64,000 nt of DNA from positions 672,001 through 736,000 of the forward strand of contig CBDBGZ010000009.1 in assembly GCA_965205425.1 (NCBI GenBank), read 5' to 3'. This document shows positions 63,303 through 64,000 of this stretch, one piece after another. Numbering within the stretch: the first letter of the stretch is position 1; every line of letters begins with the position of its first letter. The translations under genes were made by a program, and so were the position numbers. The stretch comes from Nitrosopumilus sp. (GTDB lineage: Archaea; Thermoproteota; Nitrososphaeria; Nitrososphaerales; Nitrosopumilaceae). The notes beneath the pieces were generated by a model. That model had not been told where the DNA came from, made no database searches, and saw only the letters and a program-made list of their open reading frames with translations.

Positions 63303-63434
63303 TAGCGAAAAGACAAAGTTCGTGAACTAAATAATTTCAAAAAACTAGGAATCAGTTGATCTTGCCTATAGGTAAATACGAATAAACAAATTGAAACACC
63401 TAAAAAATAACTCACGAACTTATGCTTCTCGCTA
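63303..63434. mobile_element. IS630-related MITE, copy 1 (132 bp)
   Basis: TAGCGA...TCGCTA ends, TA duplication. Confidence 0.82.
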
Positions 63435-63566
63435 TAGATGCAGTTACAGGAAACGCATGTTTTTTTAATAAAATTTCAACAAACTCTACTTCCTTTTTTG
63501 AACTATATCCAAAATCAACTGCAAAAGAATATGGGAAATAAAATTTATCAGGTATATTTATGGACA

Positions 63567-63815
63567 TTAAATTTCACAAGTTTCTTGTGCCAATTCATCC
63601 GCTATAGGAGATAATCTATTGAATACTCCTTCATCTGCGCAAATAAATCCTTCTTGATCTCTAGAAAATATTTTACCTGCAACGATTTCATATATTGCTG
63701 TAAGATATGAGATGGATTGTTCAGATCTAGTAGATCTATGACCAATCATTCTTGCTTTTTTCCATAATTCTTCTTCTCTCATTAATACAGACGAGCCTGC
63801 TCTAACTGCATCCAT
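63567..63815 (-). CDS. Hypothetical protein, 82 aa
   Basis: ORF with TAATG overlap to the next gene. Confidence 0.55.
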   Translation of the reverse strand: MDAVRAGSSVLMREEELWKKARMIGHRSTRSEQSISYLTAIYEIVAGKIFSRDQEGFICADEGVFNRLSPIADELAQETCEI

Positions 63816-63818
63816 GTA

Positions 63819-63949
63819 TAGCGAAAAGATAAAGTTCGTGAACTAAAAATCATCAAAAAACTAGAGATTAGATGATTTTACCTAAGGTAAATACGAATAA
63901 ACAATCTGAAACACCTTGAAAATAGTTCATGAACATATGCTTCTCGCTA
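63819..63949. mobile_element. IS630-related MITE, copy 2 (131 bp)
   Basis: Same ends and internal core AGGTAAATACGAATAAACAA as copy 1. Confidence 0.82.
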
Positions 63950-64000
63950 TATTATCTTGATTTATGCATAAATCTTGATAAATACAAATACTGGTATTAA

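Larger units (their letters stand above)
62797..63567 (-). pseudogene. Gene with a histone-H1-like PAKKK tail, interrupted by a MITE and an A8 frameshift
   Basis: Excising the MITE plus one TA joins MSINIPDK...PVTAS/NILATFEF in frame. Confidence 0.65.

Noticed and set aside
63029..63415. 128-aa ORF as listed in the track
   Set aside because: Its start lies inside the MITE; the real start is 63567
63301..63951. Palindromic repeats as integron attC-like cassette sites
   Set aside because: Copy 1 lies inside a gene, excision with one TA restores the frame, and the ends match an IS630, so MITE fits better

Overview
AT-rich archaeal chromosome segment. Gene content and order (pcn-tfs-rpoL, PEFG-type sorting protein, bluB/cobJ, glnA, rnz-cca-thpR cluster) point to a Nitrosopumilus-like ammonia-oxidising archaeon; this is inferred from protein families, not from a database search. 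Core regions are interrupted by three accessory regions. (i) A ~6.1 kb integrated element (20298-26393) is bounded by a 10-bp direct repeat and carries a broken integrase, IS5- and IS481-type elements, two unknown genes and a DprA + phosphoribosyltransferase pair. (ii) A ~15 kb IS-rich island (~32750-48040) carries purD, a Fic protein, a rolling-circle Rep remnant, a liv-type amino acid ABC transporter, a large secreted protein and a very unusual tRNA locus. (iii) A third element begins near 62728, with two IS630-related MITEs and a PAKKK-repeat pseudogene. The most striking signal is at 39184-39332 (minus strand): a complete tRNA with alanine identity elements (G3:U70, A73) but an Asp anticodon (GUC). 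Its 3' trailer is antisense to its own 3' end, anticodon arm and D arm and ends in a hairpin plus T7, making it a candidate self-locked mistranslating tRNA. Several single-base homopolymer frameshifts may be sequencing errors.
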